Shown: positions 36,520 to 51,512 of the stretch, one piece after another
Layout: every line of letters starts with the position of its first letter
How positions within the stretch are numbered: position 1 is the stretch's first letter
Source: Camelus ferus
Taxonomy: Eukaryota
Length of the DNA stretch: 64,000 bases
Reading direction: 5' to 3'
NCBI RefSeq assembly: GCF_009834535.1
Contig: NC_045696.1
Coordinates: forward strand, 118,112,001-118,176,000
Position numbers and translations under genes: made by a program
Notes under the pieces: generated by a model
What the model was told of the DNA's origin: nothing
Database searches by the model: none
Seen by the model: only the letters and a program-made list of their open reading frames with translations

Positions 36520-39500
36520 GTCATTCATTGCAGGTATGTAAGAACACAGCTGATTTTCATGTATTGATCTTGTACCCTGCAACTTTGCTGAATTGTTTAT
36601 TAGCTTTAGTGGCTTCCTTCTGGATTCTTTGGGATTTTAAAAATAATGTATCGGATCATATCATTTGTGAATAGAGATAGTTTTACTTCTTTCTTTCCAA
36701 ATTAGATGCCTTTTATTTCTCATTTTCTTGTCTAATTGCTCTGGCTAGAACTTCCAGTGCATTGTTGAACTGCAGTGTTAAAAATGAGCATCCTAGTCTT
36801 TTTCCTGATTTTGGGGGAAGAATTGTCTTTCGTATGGAGTATGCTGTTAGCTACCGATATTTTTTAGCTGCCTTTTATGATGTTGAGGCATTTCCCATCA
36901 GTTTCTAGTTTTCTCACTGTTTTTATCATTAAAGAGTGGTCTGGATGCTGTTAAATGCATTTGCTGCCTCAACTGATACGATTGTTCTTACTCCCCTTCA
37001 TTCTGTTAATGTGTATTGTTACATCAGCTGATTTGCTTATGTTGAATCATCCTTGAATTCCTGGGGTAAATCCCACTTGGTAATAATGTATAATCCTTTT
37101 AATGTGCTGTTGAATTCAGTTTGCTAGAACTTTGAGGATTTTTGCATTTATTTTCACGAGGGGGATTGGTCTTTAGTTTTCTTTTCATGTGATGCCTTTG
37201 TCCTTTGTATCAGGGTAATGTTAGCTTCACAAAATGAGTTAGGAAGTATCCTCTCTGATTTTTTTGGAAAGAGTTTGAAAAGAACTGGTGTTTACTTTTT
37301 AAATGTTTGGTATAATTCACCAGTGAAGCCATCTGGTCATAGACTTTTCTTTGTGGGGAGGTTTTGATGACTGATTCAACCGTTTTGGTAGTTTAGGTCA
37401 TTGACATTTTTCCAGTTCTTGAGGTTAGTTTAGCTAATTTTGTGTTTCTAGGAATTTGTCCATTCATCTTGGTTATCTAATTTGTTGGCATGTAATTGTT
37501 CACAGTATTTTCTTATAATCCTTCTTATTTCTCTAAGTTCTATAGTAATGTTTCCACTTTCGTTTGTGATTTTAGTTATTTGTATCTCACTTATTGTTCT
37601 TCTAGCTAAGTGTTTATCCATTTTATTGATCTTTATCAGTGTTATTGATAAAGTTCTTTAAAGAACAGCTTTGATTTTGTTGATTTTCTATTGTTTTTTA
37701 ATTTTTTTTTAATCTCTAATCTTCATTACTTCTATCCTCCTGATAGCTTTGGGTTTAGTTTGCTTTCTTAAGTCCTCAAGGTATGAATTTAGGTTATTGA
37801 TATGAGATCTTTCTTCTTTCTAATGTAGGCATTTACAGCTGTAAATATCCTTCTGAGCACTTTCTTCACTGCATCCCATAAGTTTTGTTATATTGTGTAT
37901 TTGTTCTGATTCATCTCTGATGTCTGATTTCTCTCATAATTTCTTCTCTGACCAGTTTATTGTTTAAGACTGTATTAATTTCCACATATTTATGAAATTT
38001 CCTTCTGTTTTTGATGCCTAACTTTATTCCATTATGGTCAGAGAAGATATTTGTGTAATTTCATTAATTTAAATTAATGAGTTATTTTGTGGCATAACAA
38101 ATGGTCTTTCCTGGATAATGTTCCATGAGTACCTGAGATGAATGTGTATTCTGCTGTTCTGTGGAGTGTCTATAAATGTTTTTTAACCCTACAAGTTGGT
38201 TTGTAGTGTTGCTCATGTGCTCTGTTTTCTTACTGATCTCCTTTCTAGATGTTTTGTCCATTATTGAAAGTGGGAGATCGAAGTCTCCAAATATTATTAT
38301 AGAACTGTTTATTTTTCAATTCTGTTGTTTGTTCTCCATTTACATTGAAAGTAGTTACTGATAAGGAAGCACTTATTTCTGCTGTTTTGTTAATTTGTTT
38401 TCTGTATGTCAGTATCTTTTCTGCCCCTCATTTCCTCCATTACTGTCTTCTTTTGTGTTTGATTGATTTTTTGGAATGATGAAAAGAACTATATTGATTC
38501 TCTTCTCATTTCCTATGAGGAGAAACTATTAACATTCTAAATTTACAACAGTGTAGTTCAGATTGATACTAGCTTAACTGCAATAGCATACAGATGTCTG
38601 CTTCTGTAACACCTCTATTTTACCACCCTTTATGTTGTTTTTGTCACAAATTACATGTTATACATTGTATGCCAGTAACATAGATTAATCAGTTTTAAAA
38701 TGTAGTTTTCTTTTAAATCTTGCAGGAAATTTTTTAAAAATGAGATTCCAAACCAATAATACAGTAATAATGGTCTCTATGTATTTGCCCATGTGTTTAC
38801 CTTCACTGAAGATCTTTATTTCTTTGTATGGCTTTGAGTTACTTTCTAGCATTGTTTCATTTCACTTGAAGACTTCCATTATCTTTACTTATAGGACAGC
38901 TCTATAGTTCAGTAGTAATGAACTGTGTCAGCTTTTGTTTATCTGGAAACGTCCTCATTTCTCCCTTACTTTGAAGGACAGTTTTGCCAGATACGGAATT
39001 CTTGGTTGACAGTTGTATTAGGCTAGGTTCTCCAGAGAAACAGAAGCAACATGGCACGTGCATGTGTATGTGTGGTGTAGTTCCATCTGAGTCTGAAGGC
39101 CTGAGAACCAGGAGAACCAATTGTGTAAATTACGGTTCTAAAAGCTGGCAAGCTTGAGATCTAAGAAGAGCCATTATTTCAATTTGAGTCCAAAGGCAGG
39201 AAAAGGTTGAAGTCGCAGCTCAAGGCAGTCATGCAGGAGAAGTTCTTTCTTACTTGGCCTTTTTGCTCTATTAGGTCTTCACTTGACTGGGTGAGCCTAC
39301 CCACATTTGTGGAGGGAATTTGTTTTTCACTCAGTCAACCAATTCATATGTTAACCTTAGCCAGAAACACCTGAAATAATGTTTGAGCAATTGTCTGGGT
39401 GTCCTGGATGAAACATTACAAGGCTTTTTTTTTTCTTTTTCTTTTTCTTTTTTTTTCCAGTGCTTTAACATTTCATCTGACTGCCTTCTGGCCTCCTTGG

Positions 39501-41540
39501 TTTCTGATGAGAAATCAGCTTTTTATCTTATTGAGGGTTCGCTGTACATGACAAGTCATTTCTCTCATGCTACTTCCCAGCTTCTCTCTTTGTCTTTGGG
39601 TTTCAGCAATTTGATTCTAGTGGGTCCCTGAGTTTATCCTACCTAGAATTTATGGAGCTTCTTGAATTTGTAGGTTCATAGAATTCATCTAATTTGGGGA
39701 GACTTTTGACCTTTTCGAATACTTTTCTTCTGTCTTCTCTTGGGACTCCCATAATGTCTACATTTGTCAGCTTGATGGTGTCTTACTAGGTCCCTTAGGC
39801 TCTGTTTAATTTCATTCTTTTTCTCTCTGCCTCTCAGACTCAGTAATTTCAAATGTTTTTTATCTTTAAGTTCATTGATTTTTATTCTGCCTTTTGATAC
39901 TGCTTTTCAGCCACTCAAGTCATTTTTTTTCATTTCAGTTATTGTGCTTTTCAGTTTCAGAATTTCTGCTTGGTTCCATTTTATAATTTCTATCTCTTTA
40001 CTGATACTAATTTTATTGATACTTTTTTTTTCTTTTTCATGTTTCATGTTTTCCTTAAGCTTTTTGAGCATACTGAAGACTGTTGCCTACTAAGTATGAT
40101 TTCTGGACTTCCTCAGGGACATTACTATCAATTTATAATTATTTTCCTTTGAATGGGACATACTTTCTTGCTTCTTCCTATGCCTTGTGATTTTTTTGTT
40201 GACAATTACTCATGAATATTATAATGTGATAACTCTGTAAATCACATCCTTTCCCTTCCTCACAGTTTGATTTTTTTTTTTTTGATTGTTGAAGGCTATA
40301 ATTGTCTGTTTGTTTAGTGATTATCCCAAACCATTTTTGCAAAGACTTTATTCCTTGTCATGTGTGGTCAGTAAATTTTCTGTTTCTTGGCCTGTGTTTT
40401 CAGCTGCTGTTTTGACCGAGATTGCCACGAGTGTCAGGAGCTAAAACAAAAAATCCTAAACGAATAGAAGGATGCCTTTCCGGGTCTTTGTAGATTGGCT
40501 GTTGCTGGGGCACTCCTTCAACAAACACTTAGCCAGGCTTGCACTGAGCTTGGTGATCAATCCAAGGTGAAAGCTTAGAATTCTCTCAGGTCTTTTCTGA
40601 GCATATGTGGTTGCTGTGGGCATGCACGCTGTCTTCTAAATTCCCTTCTACAGTCCTAATTTATCAAAGAAGTTCTCTCCAGCTTTTGCTCCTGGACCTA
40701 GGTGATCTTTTACATGTTTAGACTGTAATCTTTTATTCCAGGTTTCTTTAGTTGTTAGTTCTGCTTGTCATGTTTTCAAATGATGGCTACTTTCTCGCCT
40801 GAGTTTTGAGTTAGGTGAAAAAGAGGTGACTACCTTGCATCAGTCCTTCCGGTGATGCCCAGACAGATTAGAGCAGATGGATGCATTAATTTGTGAAGAA
40901 GGTCTGTTCTGCTGTCTTGGGAACCAGGGTCTCATGCGGCAAATGCAGGTTAGGGCTGCCACTGTGTCACAGGAGGGATGGGGCTAGGGCATGATAAAGC
41001 AGCACAGAGCTTTCCTACGGTTTTGAAGTTGTCTTTTTCTTGATTCAGTGTTTGCTGGGCTTTTGTAAACCTTTGACTCTTTTCCATAGTTCAAACAAAG
41101 TTGGGTTCTGACAGTTACTACTTGTTTTTTTGATGTTTGTATTGGATGAGAGAATTTGGAGCTCCCATTTTTTTCCATTTTGCTGACTTTTGATTGTGTT
41201 TTTGATTTACAATTCCCTGATGGCTAATGACATTGAACATTTTTTCATGTGTTTGTTGACCATTTGTTTATCTTCTTCCAAGATTTGTTTATTCCAATCC
41301 TTTGGCCACTTTTTAATTGGGTTGTCTTTCTAGTATTGAATTGTAAGAGTTCTTTATATATTCTGGATACAAGCTCTTATCATATATATGATTTAGAACC
41401 ATTTTCTCCCATGCTGTTGGTTGTCTTTTCATTTTGTTGAAGTGTTGAGTTGTCCTTTGAAGCACAAAAGTTTTAAATTTTGGCATGTCCAATTGATCTA
41501 TCTTTTCTTTTGTTACTTACGCTTTTGTTGTCATAGTTAT
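36520..41540 (-). mobile_element. Old, fragmented L1 (ORF2 parts, ORF1, 5' region)
   Basis: Antisense L1 motifs (gtattgatcttgtaccctgcaactttgctgaat; tcaccagtgaagccatctggtc; ctggaaacgtcctcatttctcccttactttgaagga). Confidence 0.85.
39014..39420 (-). mobile_element. MLT2 (ERVL) LTR nested in L1 ORF1
   Basis: tgtattaggctaggttctccagagaaacagaa...gagtctgaaggcctgagaaccaggagaacc...gaaataatgtttgagcaa. Confidence 0.85.
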
Positions 41541-42759
41541 GAACTACCTATATTTAAGGGACAGGCAGAGAAAAATGAAGGAGTAAGAAAACTGAGAGGT
41601 CAGAAAGGAACCAGAAGAATATTTTTGTCAGAAAAATCAAGAGAAAGGTTTAAGTCATGGGTAGTTAATTGCATCATCTGCTGCAAAGACAGTTTAACGA
41701 AGAAGAAGAGCTCTGGGAGAAGCATATAAGAAACGGCTTTCTGCACCAGTAACAGGGTGGCGTATCTAGCCATTGATAAGCTGGTATCGGCTATTGGGAG
41801 GACCACTGGGTACTTTGTGTACATGGTTCACTTCTGAATGCTGATTGCAGGAGTCAGGAGCTGTGGTGGGGAATTATGATTAGGTTTCTCAGAGCTGCAC
41901 TCCATCATACTTGGCACTGTTTTCCCTTGGTGGTGGTTGTAAATGTTTTCTATGATACCTGTTCAGGCTAGGCCCCTCTTATCTGAGAAGTGATACCTCT
42001 GCTTAAAGAGTGGTCCTCTCCAGCTGTGTTTCTAAGTGGGAACTTTATATTCCCAATACATAGCTATTGGGACCATGGAGAGACCTCTGGGCTGAGTAGT
42101 TTTTCAGTAATTTGGAATTGTTGGACGACAGAAATGCAGGTTGAATTCTTCTGGGCTTGTCTATAGAAAGATGTATAAAATGGGGGCTGGGACAGCCATG
42201 GTCAGCTTGTGGTCGTAGAGAACAGCAGCAGAGGGGACTGGTGTGTGGGGAGCTAAATGAAGCCCACCGCCAGGGACACACTGACTCTCACCTTGAGAGA
42301 TGGTATGAGCCCAGAGAGGTAGAATAGCTTTACTTCTTGACAGCTTTGTAGTTTCTGATTTCTAGCCACCAATTATAATTTCCTCAGTTTATTTCTTTTT
42401 AATGTTAAGTTTTCACTTGGGGCTAAGTAACTTTGTATAGCTGTCTGTTGTTGGCACCCAGAGGACCTTGTCTAAGATAGTGGCACATTGGTATGAAAAT
42501 GTCCACTGAGAAAAGAGAAGGGAGGAAGGAGACAGTTTCTGTGAGATGCTTATGTAATCTTAACGTGTGATGCTGGGCAGTGACAGAATGGTGATGATTA
42601 CTTTTAATGTGGATTTGAGTGCTTACCTGTGATTCACATTCAATTAAACATGTATCTATTCCTTGATACTGGCTGTCTAATTTAAGTAACTTGTCTGCAA
42701 ATAATAAAGTAAAAATAATACAGCATTATCTGTTAAAGATTGACCATCCACATAACCTG

Positions 42760-43330
42760 TGACACAGTTGTTCTTCTAGTTATGCTATAAAAGCCCTTGG
42801 TTGTGTGCACCAGGAGATGGGTTCAAGAAAGTTTTGTAGTAGCATAATTTGTAACAATAAAACCCTGGAAATACTCAAATATACGTTGGTAGAAGAAAGG
42901 ATGAATGAGTTGTGGTATAGTCATACACTGAAGTGTTGTATTGTCTTAGAAACAATATTTAGTGAAATATGATTGGTCTTTTTTTTTCCTTCACCGAAAA
43001 ATAAACAAAATGTAATACTATTTTTAATGAGAGACTTCAAAAGGAGTTAAAAACTAAACAACGTATTGTTGAATTATAGATAAATATAGGGTAAAATGTT
43101 AAGAAAAAGTAAGGATATGATTAAGAAAAAATTTAGGATAGTGATTTCCTTTGTAGGACATGGGACAGAAGGTTGGGATTCGGGAGGAACACACCAGGAA
43201 CTTAAAGATATTGGTAATACTTCTCAGGTTCAGAGATGAGTTTATCATATTCATTTTGTTACTGTGCTTTATAATATATATTACATGGATTCTTTTACAC
43301 ATATCAAATACTTCATTATACAAAGTTAAG
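42760..43330 (+). mobile_element. Ancient L1 (L1ME-like) 3' region
   Basis: gtagcataatttgtaacaataaaaccctggaaatactcaaat...ggatgaatgagttgtggtatagtcatac. Confidence 0.6.
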
Positions 43331-44484
43331 AGCTTTTATAAATTTGGTATAAAAATACTTTTATTTTTACATAAAAGTAAAATTCATAAGAAAAAACCCA
43401 GCATTTCTAAAACTAAAATAATCATATCTTTTAAAATACATCGTTCTCTCCAGACTTCTCTTTATTTGCCTCCTACTACCTTCTCAGGCCCCAAGTCTTA
43501 AGGTTGCTTTTGACTTCTTTATCCTCAGATTAATTTAATAATGCTAAGTGCTAAGTGATACAGTAATAAACATAGCTTACAGTAATTATTTTCTGAACAG
43601 ATAACTGAGTGAAGCAGTCTTTACCGTATCTTTTCCTCTCTTACATCATCAAGTCATTCAACAGGTTCTTTCCATTGTTATCACTTATATCTAGGTTAAT
43701 CTGTGTTTTCTGCTTATAGGGTCTCCAGCTGGATTTCAGGCCCTTAGATGCCTGTGTTGTCTCCCAACTGGTTTTCCTGTCTGTAGTCTTCTCTCGACTT
43801 AGTTTATTCTTCTTACTGATACAGGATTAATCTTCTTAAAACACGGATTTGATCATTTTACACAGTTCCTCAGAAACCTTTAATGATAAAGTGTTTAGGT
43901 AAATATTCTTTAGGTTGGGCACCAGGCCTCTCCAGTTAGATTTTAACCAAGGGCCCGTACTCATTGCTGTGTTTGCAGTTGGTTGGGGGTGTAGGTGGGG
44001 GACAGATGCATCTCTTACTGGCTGCTTAGCTCTGGGGCTTGGGGATGCAGGTGGGAAGGTAGCCTGCCTGGATGTTCTTATTCTTCATGCTTTTGGTAGT
44101 TTTCAGATTCCCTCCAGCTTCAGCTGTCACAGCTTTTTGTATTTGGACCACTCTCAGAGAAACTCTTATATTTTATAGCAATTATACTAGATTCTTCTCC
44201 TCCTCCTCTTAACTTCAGTTAAGATTATTTTGAAACTAACACAACACTGTAAATCAGCTGTACTTCTATAAAAAAAGATTATTTTGTCTTCTAGTTTTCT
44301 GGTATTAGTTTCTGGTCTACCTTCTGGTTTTCTAGGCTGGTAATGCTTGGAATCACTAACAGTGGAGTCATTGTCATTATAGTGTGCCACTGTTTGACAA
44401 GATTCTCTGGATACCAGTAATAGAAACCTATATGAGGTTGCATAGCCCAAAGGAGAATTTATATTAAAAAGCAGCAAAGGATGG

Positions 44485-44815
44485 AGTAAAGACCTAAATC
44501 CATAAAGCTCCTGGAAGAAAACATAGGCAGTAAGCTCCTTGACATCAATCTTGGCAATGATTTTTTTGGATTTCACACCAAAAGCAAAGGCAACAAAAGC
44601 AAAAATAAACAAGAGGGACTGTATCAAACTAAAAAGCTTCTGCACAGCGAAGGAAACCATCAACAAAATGAAAAGGCAACCTACTGAATGGGAGAAAATA
44701 CTTGCAAATTATATATCTGATAAGGGGTTAATATCCAAAATATGTAAAGTTGTATCAATTTACAACTTAATAGGAAAAAAAAACCCAATTAAAAAATGGG
44801 CAGAGGATCTGAATT
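44485..44815 (+). mobile_element. L1 ORF2 fragment
   Basis: ORF 44539-44856: [49 protein letters not shown]. Confidence 0.9.
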
Positions 44816-45299
44816 CAATAGATTCTTTTATAGGAAGGGAGTTTGATAATAAATAATTCCATTATGACTGTCCAGTTGTATATCTCAAGCCTACTTTTAT
44901 ATTTGGAGACCATCAACTTAGAAGTGCAAGAGTGATGAACCCTCCGTAAGGAGTGACATCAGTTACAGTATTTCAAGTGAATTATTTAAAACTCTTTGTA
45001 TGATCTTGAAAGTTTGAAGAGATGTGGACTAAGGATCGTAATTTTGAAACTTCTAGGAAAAATAAGCTTTATAACATCAGAATTAACTCATTATACTAAT
45101 AATATGCATCAGTGTCAAGAAAAAAATTGCTTAGCAGAAAATGGCAAAGTAAAATAAACAGAAGGGAATATAATGTAGGTCACTTCCCCCATTTAAGCTT
45201 TGGGTTTATATTATAATTCCTTAGAAGTGGCGTATGTCTACCACTTGCTCTTGAAGTTAACTATGGCAGTCTCCTTTTGGAAAGTTAATGATTTATTTT

Positions 45300-46255
45300 A
45301 TTAGAAAAATTTAAATCATCATACATTATCAAGTTTTGACAAGGATATTTGGAAACCAGAGGTATTATATGCTTATGGGAATATAAATTGATACAGCTAT
45401 TTGGAGAACAGTTGGGCAGTATCCAGTAAAATGGAAAATGTACATATAACCCAGAAGTTTACTTTCCTACAGACCTTAGAGCGGTGGTGCTCAACCAGTG
45501 CAGTTTAATGTCCCAGGGACATTTGGCAGTGCCTGGAGACATTTTTGGTTCTCCTATCTGGGGAGATTATTGGCATCTAGTGGGCAGAGATCACGGATGC
45601 TCCAAAGGTCCTATAATTCACAGGACAGACTCTCACAATAAAGAATTATCCAGTCCAAAATGTCAGTAGTGCTCAGGTTGAGAAATCTTGCTTTAGAGGA
45701 CAGAGTTTACATGTTTTTGTTTGTGAACCTAGAGACTTGTGCAATGGTTGTCATTAACGTATTGTAATAGTGCAAAGTTAGAAACAACCCAAATGTCCAT
45801 CAGTGGAGGAATGGATAAATAAAATGTGGTAGGCGTATGTGAGGCAAATGTGCTGCAGTGCTTTACAAAAGTTAAGTATTTATATCAGTAGATCTCAAAA
45901 ATGATGTTGAATGAAAAACAGGAAGTACTTTCAGTGTGATACCATTATGAAAATTGAAAAAATACACGAAAACAACTCTTAATTTAAGTATGTAAATAAA
46001 AATGTGGAAAATGAATTAGGAGGCTACTTGCCAATCTCATGATAGTAGCTGCTAATGAGGTGGGAAGAGGTTAATGGTGGTGAACAGTGGACTTTATCTC
46101 TTGCTGTTCTTTTACAAATAAACATAAAGTGAAGCAACTGTGGTTTTTATATTTATGTGAATTTGAATGCATAATGTGAATGCCATTTGTTAATAAATTC
46201 TAGTTGGTAGGAATTTGGGTATTTGTAATATTACTGTTTTTTTTTTCTGAGATTT
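45300..46255 (+). mobile_element. Ancient L1 3' region interrupted by MER20
   Basis: gggaatataaattgatacagc...gaaacaacccaaatgtccatcagtggaggaatggataaataaaatgtgg. Confidence 0.7.
45482..45690 (+). mobile_element. MER20 (hAT-Charlie)
   Basis: cccagggacatttggcagtgcctggagacatttttggtt...ccaaaatgtcagtagtgctcaggttgagaaa; 8-bp TSD ccttagag / ctttagag. Confidence 0.9.
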
Positions 46256-47738
46256 CTCAAAAACTCATCCATGAGTTCAATTTACAGCTTTATCTGCATT
46301 CAGATTTCATAGTACTTAGTGAAGCATGCACTTTCCTTTTTAAATTCTTCCTGTCTAAGAAGTTAACTTGGCTTCTTCTGGAGAGAAGTGTAACTGTTTT
46401 TATGTATTCATTGTTTATTTAGTTTATTTATATAGTTGTGGAGAAGATACATTGACTGCTATTAAACATGAAACTCGTACTTAATTCATAAAAGTTAAAG
46501 GCATCATAAAGAACTCCCAACAACTGTTTTGTTTTGTTTTACCTGATTTTTTTGTGTATTAAAATATATAGAAATAATTGGGCCTTGAGCAGGAACATGG
46601 AATATTTCTCCTATTTAGACATTTTGTTTCATTGATTTTTTTTTGTTGTTGTTATTGTAAAAGTACTTGATTATAGTAGTTTTTTTCAGTAACTATCCAG
46701 GAAATTAATTTTAGGTGTCTAAGTGATTCTAGGAATTTTGCCCATAAAGTGTACTTTAAGATCTTAATATTTTCTGAGTAAGTTATACTCAGAAAGAAAT
46801 AAAAAGTGAAAGTTTTTATAAATGTTATTAAAGAGAGGAAATAGATTGAATATTATAGCCAGTATATTCTTTTCAGAACACAAGGATCAATTTTCATATG
46901 TTATAAAGTAATTGGTAGTAAAATGAAGTGGAAATAGTGTGTGGCCTGTCATTTTTTTCACGAAGGGATGTAAAAGTAAGTGTCTCAAATACTAAGTGTC
47001 TCAAATACAATGTAATTAAAAGTTATAACTATTCATGATATCTTTGAATTTAAATTATGTCGAATTAAATAACTTAGATTAGAATTGCATTTATAATTAT
47101 ACAGAAGTTTATGATTTTTAGACAAAAGCTTTTACCAAAAATTATTCCGAGGTTTAGAAAACCCACTAATTTAAATTCAAAAACTTAAAATAACCCTTAG
47201 TTAATGATTTTTATTTACCTTTGTTAGAAAGACTTAAATCCAAAAAATAACTTCTATCTCTTTAAATGTAAATGTCAATCCAAAGAAAAGGTGACTGAAA
47301 ATTAATGACTTTATTTAAAAATTAAAGTTCTTAAAATTTTAGATTAGATCTAATTTTTCATTAAAGGATTTTATACAAATTATAAGAATGGCTTAATTAT
47401 AAAATTCATAAAGATAATTTAAATTCAGAATATTTAATTTAAGATAATTTAAGCTCAAATGTATAATTATGAAGTTATGGCTTCCGACTATATAGATTTG
47501 AAATAAGTCATATAACCTTTTTAGATTATTTTTCATAATTAGGTGAGAACAAGGTGAGAACAAGGCACGAACTATCTCCTTTTGATTTGCTTGCTAATAT
47601 TTGCAATTTATTACTAAGTTAATCCTTAATTGCTGAAAAAGAGTTGTCTGTCACGTGATTACCCATTATTTTTCTGTAATACAATATGTAATAAATTTTA
47701 CAGATGCATATTCAAGAATAAATGTGGGTTAAAAAGTT

Positions 47739-48091
47739 TTTTTTAATTACATAGATTTCAGGTGTACAGCATTATAACTCGACATCTGTATACACTACAG
47801 AGTGATCACCACCATAAGTCTTAATTACCATCCACCACCATCTAGTTGACTCCCTTCACTTTCACTCACTCCAACCCCTTCCCTCCTGGTAACCACTTAT
47901 CTTTTCTCTGTATCTATAACTTTGTTTTTGATTTGTTTGTTTGCTTTTTTTTTTTTTATATTCCACATATGAGTGAAATCATATGGTATTTGTCTTTTTC
48001 CGTCTAACTTACTTCACTCAGCACAGTACTCTTAAGGTCCATCTGTGTTGTCACAAATGGCAGATTTCATTCTATTTTATGACTAATATTC

Positions 48092-48134
<43 letters not shown>

Positions 48135-48754
48135 TGTATCACATCTTTATACGTTCATCTATTGATGGACATTTAAGTTGTTTTCATATCTTGGCTGTTG
48201 TCAGTAATGCTTCAGTGAACCCAGGGGTGCATATATCTTTTTGATTTAGTGTTTTCTTCTTCAGATAAATACCCAGAAGTGGAATATCTGAGTCATATGG
48301 TAGTTCTAGTCTTAAGTTTTGGAGGAAACTCCATATTCTCCGTAGTAGCTGCACCAATTTACAGTCACACCAACAGTGTATGAGGGTTTTCTTTCCTTCA
48401 TATGCTCTCCAACATTTGTTATATTTTTCTTTTTGATAGTAGCCTTTCTAACAGGTATGAAGTGATAGTTCATTGTGCTTTTGATTTGCATTTCCCTAAT
48501 AATCAGTGATGTTGAACATCTTTTCATGTACCTGTTGGCCATCTGTATGTCTTTAGAAAAATGTTTCAGATCCTCTGCCCATTTTTAAATTGGGTTGTTT
48601 TTGTTGTTGTTGTATGAGTTCTTTAATATTTTAGATATCTTCTTATCAGAAACACGGTTTGGAAGTATCTCCCCATTCAGTAGATTGCCTTTTCATTTTG
48701 ATGATGATTTCCTTCACTGTGCAGAAGCTTTTTATTTTTAGTTTGATGTAGTCC
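47739..48754 (-). mobile_element. 5'-truncated L1 with an internal (TG)n tract
   Basis: ORF2 peptide [24 protein letters not shown]; candidate TSD aaaaagtt (47731-47738, 48755-48762); (TG)n at ~48095-48130. Confidence 0.9.
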
Positions 48755-51259
48755 AAAAAGTTGTAAAAGAACAACTTACTAATGGTGTGTGTGCATATGT
48801 AAAGGTAGAGTTGATTGCTTAGTGGATTCATTGTTTATGGAAAAGAACAGCTGATTAAACCTAGAAACTTATTAGAATTAGCTTTTCTCCAAGTATGAAA
48901 TATGTGCTCATCCAACAAAGGCATGAGGTTCTGGTTTGAGCAGAAGGGTAAGATCTCTTGACTGGATTCTTTTTTTAAGCTCTGGATTCATGAAGAAGTA
49001 TAATAAACATAGTGCGTTCTTTTCATGTTGAACTTTAGTGTGATTTTATGTAATGCAAAAGAATTAACACAGTTATTTAAAAACAATAGTCAGTGCCAAA
49101 GAAAATTAATAGATATTGCTGGCAATTTCGAGTTCTGTTCCCAGACCCCTATATATAGATACGAGTTCATTGTCAGTTGGTACTTGTTGGGGTGTTTTTT
49201 GGTGAGAAAGTCTGTGATTCTCTGACTTTGGATGTAACCTTCAGATATCAGTGGTTTCAGTCATTAGGGCTTCCCTGCAGAAGCTCAAGTCCTCTTGATG
49301 GATACAGAAGTAAATTTCTAGCCTTTATTTCCCCCCAGTTTTAGCCATTTGCAGATGTTTATGATAATGAATTTGGCTGCGTGGCTTGTTTTTATGGATG
49401 AAATAAAAAAAAATCTTCGCAGCATGCCTTAAAAATACATTGTTAAAGTGCATTCATTTTTAGTGTTATCTTAAAAATTTGCTTACTTGTTCACCTTTGT
49501 GTTTTAAGTAGGGATCAGGAAGTACCAGTGAAAAACTTACAACTATGGGAACATTTTCTGTACTTGAATGTATGGACATATGTAGGCATATTTTTAAAGC
49601 CTGCCTTTCTCTCCACAAAGAAGACTTGAACCAACTGAGAATACAAACAAATATGATTATCGATAACTTGAAGTAAAAACTCAAAAGGCACTGGGTTATT
49701 TCATTTTTCTTCTTCTTTATATCAGAATGGATTGGTGGTTAGTTAAACTTGGTGTGAGCTGTCAAAAATTTAAATTATAAGGTTAAATATTCTCATAGCC
49801 TGATGTTTGTGTCTGGCTGAAATAATGCATTAAAAAAATAAACTTCACTGTAAATTTCCAGTCTGAATCACCAAGTTAAAATATCTTGTGCCTTTTATTT
49901 GCTCAGGCATTAACTTTGAATCAGTATAGCTGTGGAATAGTTTGGGGAAGAAATTCTCTTATTTAAAGACCTTGTTCCTGTTAAGTCTGGATGACAGTTT
50001 TTACCTTGCTCAGCCTTTACTTACTTTTTACCTGGCGGAAGTTTTAATCACTCAGCCCAGGTTTTTTGTTTTTGTTTTTGTTTTTGTTTTTTGGTCTATT
50101 TTAAATTCTTTTTTCATAGCCTTACAGTTAGCACTTTATGAATCTTATTCAGATTCAATAAACAATTAGATTAAATAACTTGCTAAATTATTTGAATTTG
50201 GTGTCACTGAATCAAATAGGTTAACATATTTCGTTTAGTTTATTTACTCTGCATGCCTAATGATTGTCCTTTCAATTTCATATGATGGGGTATGATGCTG
50301 AGAAGCAGACAGTGATTAGATTTTGGAAATCTTTTTTTCTCTTTATATTGTTACATTCAGTTTATGTATTTCTTTCTTGTATATTTTTGATGCTGTTCGC
50401 CATCTATTTTCACTTTCTAAGCTTTTGGCCAGTATTATATCTGTCCTATAAAACCAAGATCCCATAAGGATATTGTGATGCTTTAATTAGATGTGTGTCA
50501 AATATTTGAAAAGTGACCAAACATTTATACAGATAATAGTTTTGATTCTTTCTCAGGAGGAGTGATGCCATAACTTCTGTTTTGCCAAGTAGGTTTAAAT
50601 CTTCATTTGATGCCTGCTAGATGTCTGAGCAGATTCTTTTAAGTGACCTGAACTTAGAATAAAAGAATCTGTCATGATGAAAGGATTTACTAGGTAAAGT
50701 ACGCTGAAATATTATGTAGCTCACCTCACATAGAAAAGAGCAGTTAACAGAATTGAAATCCTGTTCATTTCAATATAATTGAACACATATCAGCCTTCGC
50801 TAATGTAAGATTGTGATTTTTTTGTTTGTTTCATAAAGTTACTCGTTAAAATAGCTAATAAACTAAACAATTTGGGCAGTATTGACAGTGTTTCCATTGA
50901 GAGAGGAAACCAGTAGCTCTTGAAAATTTGTGTCTTATAAGTTTCTTTACTAAGTTCACTTGCCTCTGTTTTGTTTGTTTAGAGTACATCCAGCTTGAAT
51001 TCTTAGATTTTTTAAAAGGTGATAGAAAATGCTGGTCTGGAATTGTGTTGCAGTGATTGTGGTGAACGAGGCCCCTACACCGATGAGGAGTGACCCACTG
51101 TTTACCTGTATCTTTACTGTCTGGTTTTTCTTGCATCTTGGGTTGGCCATCTGCCTCTTCAGTTAGTATGGAAAATTTTCAACCATCATCTATTCTAATA
51201 TTATCTATACTGTTTTCTTTTACAATTCTTTTTTAATCTTGATCTATTTGTGTTTTAGA

Positions 51260-51512
51260 TTGCTGCTACTCAAAGTGTGGTCCTCAGATCAGTGCTGGTC
51301 TGCAGCCTGATTTTATTGGTCTGTAATGAATCAAGACAAATTCAGAGTAAACATTCAGAAGCTTTTAATAGCAACTTGATATTATCATGACATCTAAACA
51401 CATGATTTTTTAAAAGAAATTCAGTTTTATTGTATTTTATAAAAGTTTTTGTCTCCAGTAGATTGGCACTTTCAAAAGTAGTCCTTGATCACAGATAGTT
51501 TAGGAAGTACTT
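51260..51512. mobile_element. hAT-Charlie MITE within old L1-like sequence
   Basis: gctactcaaagtgtggtcc start and cacagatagtttaggaagtact end. Confidence 0.6.

Noticed and set aside
44187..44856. 159-aa and 105-aa ORFs
   Set aside because: Antisense and sense readings of an L1 ORF2 fragment
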